Assembly (NCBI RefSeq): GCF_017539065.1
Contig: NZ_JAFYHP010000009.1
Location: 79,949-143,948 of the forward strand
Direction: 5' to 3'
Source of the DNA: Methanobrevibacter sp.
GTDB taxonomy: Archaea; Methanobacteriota; Methanobacteria; Methanobacteriales; Methanobacteriaceae
Length of the DNA stretch: 64,000 bases
Both the position numbers and the translations under genes were made by a program. Positions 8,645-18,950 of the stretch are shown one piece after another; within the stretch, counting starts at the first letter, position 1; each line of letters begins with the position of its first letter. The notes under the pieces are model-generated. The model did no database searches and had not been told where the DNA came from. It was given only the letters and a program-made list of their open reading frames with translations.

Positions 8645-10441
8645 TTATTCTTTTGATTGAGCTTTTAGGGTATTGTAATAATATCCATTAAGTTTTAAAA
8701 GCTCGTCGTGAGTGCCCTGTTCTATTATCTCACCATCTTCAATGACAATGATGTTATCGGCATTTCTAATGGTAGATAGTCTATGAGCAATGATAAAACT
8801 AGTTTTATTTTCCATTAATTTATCCATAGCCTTTTGAATTAACTTTTCAGTTCGGGTATCAACACTTGAAGTTGCTTCGTCTAGAATTAAAACTTCCTTT
8901 TTAGATAAGATTGTTCTGGCAATGGTTAATAATTGTTTTTGGCCATGTGAAATATTATCTGTATCTTCGTTTAATTCGCTTTCGTAACCGTCGGATAATT
9001 GCCTTATGAAATTGTCTGCATAGACTTGGCTTGCCGCATCAATAACCTCGTCGTCAGCAGCATCTAAATTGCCGTAACGAATATTATTGGAAATTGTATC
9101 TGAAAATAGCCAGGAATCCTGAAGTACCATTCCGATATGGGATCTTAAGCTGTTTTTATCGTATTTTTCAATATCTACACCATCAATTTTTATCGAACCG
9201 GAATTGATATCATAAAATCTCATAAGTAATTTGACGATTGTGGTCTTTCCAGCCCCGGTTTCGCCTACAATAGCTACCTTTTCACCTTTTTTCACGTCAA
9301 ATGATAAATCCTTGATTATTTTTTCATTAGGAGTATATGAAAAGCTCACGTTTTCAAAGGTTATTCCCTCTTTGATTTCATTAAGCTCTTTATCTGATAG
9401 GTTTTCCTCATCTTCAAGTTCTAAGAATTCAAAGATACGTTCGCTGGCAGCCATTGCGGTTTGGATCTGATTCATTACACGTGTAATCTGCTGAATAGGT
9501 CTGTTGAAGCTTTGGGTATATTGGAAGAATGCCAGGATGTCTCCGACTGCAATCGCTTTCTGCAGTACGAATACCGCACCTAAAACTGCAACCACAACAT
9601 AAGTGAAGTTTGAAATGAAGTTCATTAAAGGACCATTTAAGCTGGAATAGAATTGTGATTTCCATTCATGAGAAAACCATTTTTCATTGTCACTTTCAAA
9701 TTTGTCCATGGAGATTTCTTCCTGGTTGAATGCCCTGATTATGTCATGGCCTGTGAATGTTTCCTCAACTTGGCCATTGAGCGAGCCTTTGTACTCCAAT
9801 TGCCTTAAGAAATATTTCTGTGAGTATCTGGTCATGAATCTCATGAGTAAAAATGCTATCGGAACAAGAATGATAGTTGCCAATGTCATCCATACGTTTA
9901 TGGACAGCATCATGATAAATACTCCGATGAGGGTAATTATTGCAGTGGTCAATTGGATAAATGACTGTGTAATACCATTTTGAAGGGAATCCACATCGTT
10001 TGTCACTCTGGACAATATGTCCCCTCTTTTATTCTCTTCAACTTTTTCCATTGGTAAATGTAGGATTTTATCTATTAATCTTTCTCTTAAGTCATAGCTG
10101 ATTTTAGTTGTAACTTCAACCAAAAAGATGCTTTGCAGGTATGAAAATAATGAGCTGACAACATATAAAATTGCTACGATTATTAAGATGTGGGTCAGGC
10201 TGTTAAAGTCAATTGAACCTGTGTGGTGGATTAACTTGTTTGTCCCATCATAGATTAGGGTTGTGGCCTGGCCAATCAGCAATGGAGCGATAATAGTAAA
10301 TGCAGTTGAAATCACTGCACTGATTATAGTCAATGTTAATCTAAATTTATGGTCTTTCAGAAGTGTGAGAATATTCATTATTGCCTTCTTATTATTGACA
10401 GGTTTTTCTGGAGGTTGTCGTTTAAGAGGTCGTGGACTCAT
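8645..10441 (-). CDS. ABC exporter, fused permease/ATPase subunit (MdlB/MsbA-like), downstream partner
   Basis: N-terminal multi-TM domain. Walker A GETGAGKTT, signature SHGQKQLL, Walker B ILILDEATS. A 4-nt ATGA overlap with the upstream paralog implies a heterodimer operon. Confidence 0.9.
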   Translation of the reverse strand: MSPRPLKRQPPEKPVNNKKAIMNILTLLKDHKFRLTLTIISAVISTAFTIIAPLLIGQATTLIYDGTNKLIHHTGSIDFNSLTHILIIVAILYVVSSLFSYLQSIFLVEVTTKISYDLRERLIDKILHLPMEKVEENKRGDILSRVTNDVDSLQNGITQSFIQLTTAIITLIGVFIMMLSINVWMTLATIILVPIAFLLMRFMTRYSQKYFLRQLEYKGSLNGQVEETFTGHDIIRAFNQEEISMDKFESDNEKWFSHEWKSQFYSSLNGPLMNFISNFTYVVVAVLGAVFVLQKAIAVGDILAFFQYTQSFNRPIQQITRVMNQIQTAMAASERIFEFLELEDEENLSDKELNEIKEGITFENVSFSYTPNEKIIKDLSFDVKKGEKVAIVGETGAGKTTIVKLLMRFYDINSGSIKIDGVDIEKYDKNSLRSHIGMVLQDSWLFSDTISNNIRYGNLDAADDEVIDAASQVYADNFIRQLSDGYESELNEDTDNISHGQKQLLTIARTILSKKEVLILDEATSSVDTRTEKLIQKAMDKLMENKTSFIIAHRLSTIRNADNIIVIEDGEIIEQGTHDELLKLNGYYYNTLKAQSKE

Positions 10442-12171
10442 GATAATGCCTCCATATAATCTATTTGTATTTTTGCTATTTCTTGATATATATCACAACT
10501 TTCTAAAAGCTTATTGTGTGTTCCTCTATCGACAATCTCACCGTTGTCAATGACAAGGATTTCATCCGCATCCATGATTGTTGAAATTCTTTGTGATACG
10601 ATTAAGATTGAGGAATCCTTCAAATCTTTTAGATTATCTTTTATTTTCCTTTCGGTATTCATGTCAAGTGCTGAAAAACAATCATCAAACAGATAGAACT
10701 CATGGCGGTTTATAATTGCTCTTGCTATTGATAAGCGTTGCTTTTGACCTCCTGAAAAATTAGATCCCCCCTGCGTTACCTCTTCAGCGAGGTTTTCCAC
10801 AAAATCAACTTGTGCAAGTTTCAACGCTTTTCTAATTTCATCATCACTTGCATCATTTTTTCCAATTTGCATGTTTGATTTAACGTCTCCCTGGAATAGA
10901 ATGGCTTTTTGAGGAGTAAAACTAATTTTATCTCTTAAACTTTTCAAATTATAATCTTTAATGTTTATTCCATCAATCAGTATTTCACCGGAACTTGGGT
11001 CCTGAAGACGGGGTATCAAATTAAGAATGGTTGATTTGCCGCTGCCGGTTCCGCCAATGATTGCAGTGGTCTTTCCAGGTTTTAAGCTGAAATTAATGTC
11101 TTTCAATGTTTCCTTTTCACTTCCGGGATATCTGTATGAAACATTTTTAAATTCGATTGTAGGATTTTGTGAAATCTCTGTAAGTTCGCCGTCGGTTATT
11201 GTAAGTTTGGTGTTCAGCACTTCACTGATACGCCTTCCGGAAACAAGAATTCTTGGAAGCATGATGAAAAAGCCCCCAATCATTAGAAATGAAGTGACAA
11301 GCATTGTTGCATATTGGATAAATGCTATTATGTCTCCGGTCAGAACTCCATTGTTTATGGCATCATACGCACCAAAGTAAAGAATCAAGACAACCATCAG
11401 ATTCATCATTAATGTTATCAATGGAAGCATGACCAGCATGGTCTTAAATACATGGATATTGACATCGTAAAAGTCCTTGTTCACCTTTTGGAATTTTTTC
11501 TCTTCAAAATCCTGTCTGACAAAAGCCTTGATTACTGGAATTCCAATCAGAATCTCCCTTGCTGTTTTATTTATGCTGTCCATTATTTCCTGTATGATTT
11601 TGAAATAAGGAATGACCTTGACCATAACGATTACCAAAAGAATAATGATGACAATGAAATTCACTAAGATAATCCATGACAGGTTTGTCTGAAGTTCAAA
11701 TACCTTGATGATACTTCCGATTCCCAAAAGCGGAGCAAATATGAGGGTTGTGAAAATAAATCCTAGAACCCCTTGAATCTGATTGACGTCGTTTGTTGTT
11801 CTTGTGATTAAGGAAGAGCGTGAAATCTCATTCAATTCATGGTTTGAAAATTTCAAGACTTTTTCATAAATGATTTTCCTTAAATCTTTAGCGTAACCGG
11901 ATGCTACCCTGCTTGCAAAAAAAGACACACCAACTGTTGCAAATGCTGAGATTGCAACCATCAAAAGCATTATTAATCCGGTATCTATGATAAACTGGAA
12001 ATCTGTGTTTTGTATGCCTATATTTACAATATCTGCGGTGTATTGTGGTAAGGTCAAATCACAGTAAACCTGGATTAATAGAAAAATGAAAATCAATCCT
12101 ATTTGAGGTATTTTGTTTATCATTGGGTTTAATAATTTCTTCATAATTGCCTTTAATATTATATATTTCAT
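10438..12171 (-). CDS. ABC exporter, fused permease/ATPase subunit, upstream partner
   Basis: Multi-TM N-terminal domain. Walker A GGTGSGKST, signature SGGQKQRLSIARA, Walker B FYLFDDCFS. Confidence 0.9.
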   Translation of the reverse strand: MKYIILKAIMKKLLNPMINKIPQIGLIFIFLLIQVYCDLTLPQYTADIVNIGIQNTDFQFIIDTGLIMLLMVAISAFATVGVSFFASRVASGYAKDLRKIIYEKVLKFSNHELNEISRSSLITRTTNDVNQIQGVLGFIFTTLIFAPLLGIGSIIKVFELQTNLSWIILVNFIVIIILLVIVMVKVIPYFKIIQEIMDSINKTAREILIGIPVIKAFVRQDFEEKKFQKVNKDFYDVNIHVFKTMLVMLPLITLMMNLMVVLILYFGAYDAINNGVLTGDIIAFIQYATMLVTSFLMIGGFFIMLPRILVSGRRISEVLNTKLTITDGELTEISQNPTIEFKNVSYRYPGSEKETLKDINFSLKPGKTTAIIGGTGSGKSTILNLIPRLQDPSSGEILIDGINIKDYNLKSLRDKISFTPQKAILFQGDVKSNMQIGKNDASDDEIRKALKLAQVDFVENLAEEVTQGGSNFSGGQKQRLSIARAIINRHEFYLFDDCFSALDMNTERKIKDNLKDLKDSSILIVSQRISTIMDADEILVIDNGEIVDRGTHNKLLESCDIYQEIAKIQIDYMEALS

Positions 12172-12335
12172 ATAACTATTATAATTATAGTTTTAATTGA
12201 AATTGATTTAACTTAGTAAAAGTTCCATTAATTTATAAAAATGCCTTATTTTGATAATATTTCCTTGTAAAATTCGTTATATTTAAAATTAACTGCTTAA
12301 AAAGATTTAAATAGTAATTAAGCAAATATATATTC

Positions 12336-12851
12336 ATGAAACCTTTTGATTTTAGTAATTTAAAAATTATTAAAGCAAACACCGAAATATTGTCTAAAAT
12401 TGATTTTGATTGTGGTGATGAAGATCTCAATGAATTCTTGTTAAAGGATTCATTTGATAATATTAATAATAATCTTTGCACAATATTTTTGTGTAAAAAT
12501 CAAAATCGGGTTGTCGGATTTTTCTCTTTATCTGCAGATTCAATTAGAATTAATAATCAATTGGTTGTTGATTATCCGGCTTATCCAGCAGTTAAAATCG
12601 GTCGGTTAGCAGTTTGTAAAGATTTCCAAAATTTACACATCGGGTCTTTAATGATTTCATGGATTGTTGGGTTTTGTAGAAATTTAAGTAGTGAAATAGG
12701 TTTAAGGTTTATTTCTGTTGATGCATATAATAATGAAAAAACAATTAGATTTTATGAAAATAATTTTTTTGTTGGATTAGAATCAGTAATGAATAATAAA
12801 CGTCGTAGGAATATTCCTATGTATAGGGATATTTGTGAAAAAATTAATTAA
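12336..12851 (+). CDS. GNAT N-acetyltransferase of the TacT/AtaT-like toxin type
   Basis: 171 aa. N-terminal DFDCGDEDLNEFLLKDS followed by VVGFFSLSADSI, as in tRNA-acetylating GNAT toxins. Acetyl-CoA region KIGRLAVCKDFQNLHIGS. Confidence 0.65.
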   Translation: MKPFDFSNLKIIKANTEILSKIDFDCGDEDLNEFLLKDSFDNINNNLCTIFLCKNQNRVVGFFSLSADSIRINNQLVVDYPAYPAVKIGRLAVCKDFQNLHIGSLMISWIVGFCRNLSSEIGLRFISVDAYNNEKTIRFYENNFFVGLESVMNNKRRRNIPMYRDICEKIN

Positions 12852-12911
12852 TATTTTTCAATAATTATTTAAATAATTTAATATTAAATTAATAAACAAG
12901 GAGGTTACTGT

Positions 12912-13064
12912 ATGGCAAGTAAAGTAAATCCAACACCAACATTAAAAGGATTAGATGCTGAAAAATTCATTGAAAAGTTAAACACTCCTTCTAGTGATGA
13001 AGAATTAAAATCATTAAAAAAGGCTGATGAAATATATAAAAAAATGGAATATATTCAAAAATAG
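12912..13064 (+). CDS. Small ORF (50 aa) downstream of the GNAT gene, unknown function
   Basis: Not in the ORF track (below its size cut-off). ATG 12912 follows a strong SD, AAGGAGGT, at 12898-12905; stop TAG 13062-13064. Translation: MASKVNPTPTLKGLDAEKFIEKLNTPSSDEELKSLKKADEIYKKMEYIQK, predicted to be two helices. Confidence 0.55.
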   Translation: MASKVNPTPTLKGLDAEKFIEKLNTPSSDEELKSLKKADEIYKKMEYIQK

Positions 13065-13087
13065 GAATATCTCCATTTAAATTTGTT

Positions 13088-13888
13088 TTATTTGAATTTT
13101 TTCCATAAATCAGTTTGAAGAACGCTGTTTTTGCTTAATTCTTCTAATTTCAGGAATAGTCCCCAGGGCATGGATACGATTAGGTATTCATTTGGAATAA
13201 AATGTTTCATTTTGCTTCTTCCGGCAAAGTCTATCGGTCCAAGAACGGGCTTCGGATCATCGCTATTTGCTTGTTCAAAAGTAAAGCATCCTATAGCTTG
13301 GCATGCTGAAGCCTGAGGGGTTAAAAGACACGCCCCATCAAGTCTGAATGATGTGTTAATTTGAATTAAAGCGGTCAATTCAACAGGATTCACTGTAAAA
13401 ATAACGGATTTTGGAATCTCATCATCTTCCAAATTCTCCAATCCTTTGAAAATCACATATTCTCCTTCGTCGAAAACAGGCCTGTTTTTTATGCTTTGTT
13501 TTGCGGTTTCAAAATCACAGTAGATTCTTTCGCCGTGCCTGAACATTTCCCTTGTGTTTTTCTTCATATAATTTAACTTTTCTTCATATGCTTCACGGTC
13601 TGGTGCGGAATCGATTCCTAATGATAGGAATGTCGCCTGAAAATCAATCATGTCCTCATTTGCCATTCCGCTGCCCCATCCGAAACCTACATTGAGTCCT
13701 CCGCAGGTAACGTTGTCACGGCCGAAATAGGTGGTCACCCTTTTAGCAATGGTCTGTGCAATGAAACTCATTACACATCCTCCTTTGCCCTCTTTTGGAC
13801 TTTTGCCGTCTTTTAGTTCAACATCACTTTTAAGCAGCACGATTGGTGGGAATTTCATGTTCAGTTCTTTTGATATATTACTTTGCAT
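13088..13888 (-). CDS. DUF169-like protein (tentative)
   Basis: 266-aa ORF with good coding character. N-terminal PPIVLLKS ... GGCVMSFIAQ ... TCGGLNVGFGWG resembles DUF169 family proteins. The assignment is from memory only. Confidence 0.5.
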   Translation of the reverse strand: MQSNISKELNMKFPPIVLLKSDVELKDGKSPKEGKGGCVMSFIAQTIAKRVTTYFGRDNVTCGGLNVGFGWGSGMANEDMIDFQATFLSLGIDSAPDREAYEEKLNYMKKNTREMFRHGERIYCDFETAKQSIKNRPVFDEGEYVIFKGLENLEDDEIPKSVIFTVNPVELTALIQINTSFRLDGACLLTPQASACQAIGCFTFEQANSDDPKPVLGPIDFAGRSKMKHFIPNEYLIVSMPWGLFLKLEELSKNSVLQTDLWKKFK

Positions 13889-13988
13889 ACTAACAACCTC
13901 TATGTTAATGTTATTCTTCAGGATTTATATTAATTACTAAAATAAAAATGCTTTAATATTTTATTTAACAAATTTAAAATTGATTATT

Positions 13989-15275
13989 ATGGCGTATGAA
14001 ATTAAAAACAAAAAAAATATATCAACAATAGGTGTGCATGCTGGTCAAGAGGAAGTGGATGAAACAGGTTCAAGAGTAACACCGATTTATCAAACAACTT
14101 CCTATGTATTTGACACACCGGAGCAGGCTGCAAACAGGTTTGCTCTTAAGGAAGGGGGAAATATCTATACAAGACTCACCAACCCAACAACAGAAGCATT
14201 TGAAAAAAGAATGGCAGCTATTGAAGGCGGAACCGCTGCTTATGCAACCGCTTCTGGAATGTCCGCCATATTCTATACAATAATTAACCTGACACAAGTT
14301 GGAGACAATATAGTGTCTGCAGATAATCTTTATGGAGGAACATACGAGCTGTTTGAAAACACACTTGAGGAATTGGGCAGAACAGTCACATTTGTTGATT
14401 CCCAATCCCCTGATGAGTTTGAAGCAGCAATCAATGATAAAACCCGTGCAATTTATGTTGAATCAATCGGAAATCCGAAATTGGATATTCCTGATTTTGA
14501 TAAACTGTCTGAAATTGCACACTCACATGGAATTCCGTTGATTGCAGACAATACCGTTGGTATTGGTTCTGTTCGTCCGTTTGACCATGGTGCCGATATC
14601 ATTTCATCATCCGCAACAAAATATATTGGCGGTCACGGCACTACCCTTGGAGGAATAATCATTGAAAAAGGGGACTTCGACTGGATGAACGGTAAGTTTC
14701 CAACATTATCCGAGCCTGATGAAACATATAACGGTTTAGTATTTGGCGAAACCTTTAGGGGATCTGCTTTTACAACAAGAATCAGGGCAGTTGTTGGTAG
14801 GGATACCGGAGCAGTTCCTTCTCCATTCGGATCATTTTTACTCTTGCAAGGACTTGAGACTTTAGGCTTAAGAATCGAAAGGCATGCTTCAAATGCAATG
14901 GCAGTTGCACGCCATTTGGAAGCTCATCCTAAGGTGGCTTGGGTAACTTATTCCGGTTTAGAATCTTCTCCAAACCATGAAGTAGCTAAAAAATATGCTG
15001 AAAAGGGATATGGTGGAATAGTATCATTCGGTTTGAAAGCTGGTTATGACGGTGCTTTGAAATTCATTGAAAGTGTTGAATTGTTATCATTTTTAGCTAA
15101 CATTGGTGATGCAAAATCATTAGTTACTCATCCTGCATCAACCACTCACTCCCAATTGTCTCCGGAGCAACAGTTATCCACTGGTGTAACACCTGATTTA
15201 ATTAGATTCTCTGTTGGTATTGAGGATATTGAGGATATTTTGGCCGATGTGGACCAAGCTTTAGATAAGGTATAG
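13989..15275 (+). CDS. metY: O-acetylhomoserine sulfhydrylase (PLP-dependent, Cys/Met metabolism family)
   Basis: Full-length collinear family features: NPTTEAFEKRMAAIEGG, PLP-lysine motif SATKYIGGHG, C-terminal IRFSVGIEDIEDI. Confidence 0.85.
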   Translation: MAYEIKNKKNISTIGVHAGQEEVDETGSRVTPIYQTTSYVFDTPEQAANRFALKEGGNIYTRLTNPTTEAFEKRMAAIEGGTAAYATASGMSAIFYTIINLTQVGDNIVSADNLYGGTYELFENTLEELGRTVTFVDSQSPDEFEAAINDKTRAIYVESIGNPKLDIPDFDKLSEIAHSHGIPLIADNTVGIGSVRPFDHGADIISSSATKYIGGHGTTLGGIIIEKGDFDWMNGKFPTLSEPDETYNGLVFGETFRGSAFTTRIRAVVGRDTGAVPSPFGSFLLLQGLETLGLRIERHASNAMAVARHLEAHPKVAWVTYSGLESSPNHEVAKKYAEKGYGGIVSFGLKAGYDGALKFIESVELLSFLANIGDAKSLVTHPASTTHSQLSPEQQLSTGVTPDLIRFSVGIEDIEDILADVDQALDKV

Positions 15276-15567
15276 GGAATTTTTCATTTTATATTTTAAT
15301 TCAATTCCCCTATTTTTTTAATTTTTTTCCAGAAACATTCGCAATGTTTTTAATTATAGTCATTTTTGGCATTTCAAGTATTTGAACAATTTTTTAAATG
15401 TTAAATTATATTTTGGCATATTTTTTACATATTTGTCAATCAAAAAGATTTCCCTAACTTTTTGTTGGGGTGTTTAAAATAAAAATATTTATTTAATAAA
15501 AATTGATATAAATATTAAATAGTTACGATAGTAATGATATTTTATAACGAAATAGGGGGAAAAGCAT

Positions 15568-17640
15568 ATAATTAGAAATAAGAATATTAAACGATTTGCA
15601 CTATTTTTAATCATTTTGTCAGTAATATGTACAATATCTTGTGTTAATGCAATGGACCAGGATTCAAACAGTAGCGAAATTATCACTGATTCTGCATCCG
15701 GAAACCTATCTGAAACCTATGTATCACCGGATGCAAGTGATGAAATAGGGGACGGAAGTTCACAAAAACCATTTAAAAGTTTAGAATTTGCCGTCAACAA
15801 TAGTAACGATGACTCAACAGTTTACTTAAACGATGGAGTGTATGTTGGAGAAAACAATAGAAATATTAAAATTGAAAAGTCAATTACAATCATTGGAAAA
15901 TCTAAGCAAAACACAATAATCAATGGAGAGTCCTCTGGAAGACTGTTTAATGTAACTTCAACCGGCAGATTGACTTTAATTAATGTTACTTTACTGAATG
16001 GTTACTCAGATGAAAATGGCGGATCATTCTACTGTGATGGTGGAGAAATAAATCTTAAAAATTGTATTGTGAAGAATTCCAATTCAAATGGAAATGGTGG
16101 AGTTATATACAATAATCTGGGAACTTTAAACATTGAAAATTCATGCTTTACAAACAACAGCGCATGCGTTTATGGCGGAGTTTTGTATACCCTAGGAAAA
16201 ACATCCATTAAAAGCTCTGATTTCACAGAAAATTTTTTAACTTCTAGAAGTGGTGTTGGTGCATGTATTGCAGCTGGAGGAATATTGGATTTAGATGGAT
16301 GTTTATTTTATGACTGTTTCAGCCCATATTCTGCAGCAGGATTAATAAACTTGGGAAATGCAACAATAAACAATTGCAGATTTGAAAAATTACATACAAA
16401 TTATACAGCGGGTGCTATAAGTAATCATAAGAATATGATAATCAACAATAGTTATTTCGGATATAATGACGTTAAATATTATGCGGCAGCAATTCTTGAT
16501 TATGCGGGAGAAGATACTTACTCTCCAGGGGGACCATATGTTTTTACAAAAGTGTACAATACCATTTTTGAAAAAAATCATGCAGGATATCATGGAGCGG
16601 TATCCAATAATTTCCCAAACACAGATCTTTTCATGCAAAACTGTGCACTTGTAGGTAATTATTTAATATTGGATACAGCTTATGGAGATATTGCTTTAGA
16701 TGATAATGCAACTTTACAATATTGCTGGTGGGGTCAAAATGTAATAAGCCCTTATTATTATTCACGTCACGATGGTGAAAACACTCCCCAAAAGATAAAC
16801 GCTTCCAGATGGTTGGTCATGACATTCACTGCAAAGGATAATGTAATCTATAAAGATGAAATTAACCAATTAACCGTTAGCCTAAAACAATACTTCGACA
16901 ATGAAACAAAAGAAATCTATGATTATGACGGTGAATTTAACCTTCCGCTTGAGGTAACATTTTACACAAATGTTGGGACTTTAGCTACAAAGAAATTGGT
17001 TAATGGTGTTGCTACTTTAGATTTTAATCCACAAGATGAAGTTAGTGAAGTTTATGCAAAAATAAATAATCAAACATTAAAACTTGGTAGTTTTCAATTA
17101 AGAGAATCATCAATTATTGTTGATGACTTTGAAAAATATTATGGAAGCAGCAGCAAATTAGTTGTAAAGTTAGTTAAAGAAAACAATATCCCTATTTCAA
17201 ATCAAAAGTTAACTGTTAGTTTAGGAGGAATTGTATATACCATTAAAACTGATAAAAATGGAATAGCAAAAGTAAATCTTAAAAATAAGGCTAAAATTTA
17301 CACTGCTAAAATTACTTTTAATGGAAAAAATCATTTAGCTTCTTTTAAATCCATAAAAGTTAAGATACTAAAACCAATCATAAAAGCTTCAAAATTAAAA
17401 ATACACAAAAAGAAAAAATTCACTGTGACTTTTAAGGATGCAAATAAAAAAGCAATCAAAAAGGTCAAAGTTAAATTCAAGATTAATGGTAAAACCTATA
17501 TCAAGACAACTAACAGTAAGGGAAAAGCTAAAATAAAAATAAATTTAAAAGCAGGCAAAAAATATAAGGTTAAAGTAGGATTCAAAGACACTAAATATTA
17601 TGGAACCACCACTTTAACTAAAAAAATTAAGGTAATTTAG
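15568..17640 (+). CDS. Adhesin-like protein (ALP1): beta-helix repeats plus C-terminal Lys-rich Ig-like modules
   Basis: The track ORF starts at TTG 15616, inside the signal-peptide core. The frame is open upstream to ATA 15568 / ATT 15571, 8-11 nt after GGGGG (15555-15559), giving IIRNKNIKRFALFLIILSVICTISCVNA. Repeats are of the GG..Y / N..F.NN type. C-terminal modules are of the INGKTYIKTTNSKGKAKI type. No TM anchor. Confidence 0.8.
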   Translation: MIRNKNIKRFALFLIILSVICTISCVNAMDQDSNSSEIITDSASGNLSETYVSPDASDEIGDGSSQKPFKSLEFAVNNSNDDSTVYLNDGVYVGENNRNIKIEKSITIIGKSKQNTIINGESSGRLFNVTSTGRLTLINVTLLNGYSDENGGSFYCDGGEINLKNCIVKNSNSNGNGGVIYNNLGTLNIENSCFTNNSACVYGGVLYTLGKTSIKSSDFTENFLTSRSGVGACIAAGGILDLDGCLFYDCFSPYSAAGLINLGNATINNCRFEKLHTNYTAGAISNHKNMIINNSYFGYNDVKYYAAAILDYAGEDTYSPGGPYVFTKVYNTIFEKNHAGYHGAVSNNFPNTDLFMQNCALVGNYLILDTAYGDIALDDNATLQYCWWGQNVISPYYYSRHDGENTPQKINASRWLVMTFTAKDNVIYKDEINQLTVSLKQYFDNETKEIYDYDGEFNLPLEVTFYTNVGTLATKKLVNGVATLDFNPQDEVSEVYAKINNQTLKLGSFQLRESSIIVDDFEKYYGSSSKLVVKLVKENNIPISNQKLTVSLGGIVYTIKTDKNGIAKVNLKNKAKIYTAKITFNGKNHLASFKSIKVKILKPIIKASKLKIHKKKKFTVTFKDANKKAIKKVKVKFKINGKTYIKTTNSKGKAKIKINLKAGKKYKVKVGFKDTKYYGTTTLTKKIKVI

Positions 17641-17641
17641 T

Positions 17642-17664
17642 GAAGAAACCATTTTTGTTTCTTC
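17642..17664 (+). terminator. Stem-loop directly after the ALP1 stop
   Basis: GAAGAAAC (17642-17649) pairs with GTTTCTTC (17657-17664), loop CATTTTT. Hairpins are not required for archaeal termination, so the function is tentative. Confidence 0.4.
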
Positions 17665-17739
17665 ATTGAAACCCCCCTTAGGGGTACATTTATATACTAC
17701 TTCAACTAATTTATGATAGGAATTTAGTGAGGTGAGATT

Positions 17740-18600
17740 ATGAAAAAAATTACTATTGCTATATTAGCTTTGATCCTTATGGGATTATTGATTCCAACTG
17801 GATTTGCAACTGATTCCAATCTTGTAATAACATATGGTGAAACCACATATGCACACAACGATTACAAATCTGTTGTTGATGCATTCTTTGTAAATAATGC
17901 AAATGTTGATTTAAACAATGTGAATTCAAAAGTAATCACTGCTGATCAAGTAAATCAAGTATCAAGTGGGGTTACTGGTAAATCATACTCATCAAATCAA
18001 ATATTCTCTTCAGCATTACTTGATTTGAATGATAATGATAATCTTGAAGTTAGTGTTGATAGATCAAAAATCACCACAATAACTGGACAAATGTACATTT
18101 CTGCATTGAAATCAGCCGGTATTACTAGCGGACATGTCTATGTAACAAGTCCTGTAACAGCTACCGGGGAATCTGCTCTTGCAGGAATAATGAACGCTTA
18201 TGAAGAGGCAACTGATGTTGAAATTCCTGAAAGTGTAAAAGAAGCAGCTAATGATGAAATCTACACTCAAGCGGAAATCGTAGAAAATTCCGGTGTAGAT
18301 GCAAATGAATTATCTGACTTAGTAAATCAAGTAAAAGAGGAAGTATCAAAAGACAATGTGACAGACCACGATACAATCGTGAACATTATCAATAACTACG
18401 TGCAAAACAACAATATTAACATAACAAATGTGGATATTGAAAACTTGGCCACTACAATTGAAGAAGTACAAAACGTCCAAGGAGACGTTAACTACTATAA
18501 AGACCAAGTAAGTGGTTTTTTAAATGATGATGGTTCTGCTGGTGGATTTTCACTTGACGGATTATTAAACTGGATTAAATCCTTTGTTAATGGGATTTAA
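17740..18600 (+). CDS. DUF1002-like secreted protein
   Basis: Signal peptide MKKITIAILALILMGLLIPTGFA. The core ITTITGQMYISALKSAGITSGHVYVTSPVTATGESALAGIMNAYEEAT resembles the DUF1002 family, which is common in Firmicutes. Confidence 0.65.
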   Translation: MKKITIAILALILMGLLIPTGFATDSNLVITYGETTYAHNDYKSVVDAFFVNNANVDLNNVNSKVITADQVNQVSSGVTGKSYSSNQIFSSALLDLNDNDNLEVSVDRSKITTITGQMYISALKSAGITSGHVYVTSPVTATGESALAGIMNAYEEATDVEIPESVKEAANDEIYTQAEIVENSGVDANELSDLVNQVKEEVSKDNVTDHDTIVNIINNYVQNNNINITNVDIENLATTIEEVQNVQGDVNYYKDQVSGFLNDDGSAGGFSLDGLLNWIKSFVNGI

Positions 18601-18646
18601 TTCCATTTCTTTTTTTAATTTTTTTTAGCTATTTGAAAAATAAGAT

Positions 18647-18946
18647 TCAACCCGATACCATCACAAGTTCGCCGGTAACTGGATCTTGATATACTTTTCC
18701 AACTTCGCTATATCCGCTGTCTTCAAGCCCACCTGCATCACTATAGTTCTGTGTAAATGTTTCTGCAGTTGAAACATCCTGTGTTGATTGTGATTGGGTA
18801 ATCATATCAGGATTAACTGATAATGCCATAATAGCAAAAATTAAAAACCCTAGTGCCAATACGAGCATTGCATCTGAAAGGTTATTCAAACCTCCCATTG
18901 GGTCATCATCAATCGATTCTGATATTCTTCGTCTTTTTCTAAGCAT
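18647..18946 (-). CDS. Small single-TM protein, DUF2149 / ExbD-like (tentative)
   Basis: 99 aa. Basic N-terminus, then NNLSDAMLVLALGFLIFAIMAL as the TM segment. Sits immediately downstream of the ExbB-like gene. Confidence 0.6.
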   Translation of the reverse strand: MLRKRRRISESIDDDPMGGLNNLSDAMLVLALGFLIFAIMALSVNPDMITQSQSTQDVSTAETFTQNYSDAGGLEDSGYSEVGKVYQDPVTGELVMVSG

Positions 18947-18950
18947 GTCC

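Noticed and set aside
12233-12481. Minus-strand ORF spanning the GNAT promoter and 5' end.
   Set aside because: It is antisense to the GNAT N-terminus, its translation is low-complexity, and it has no SD.
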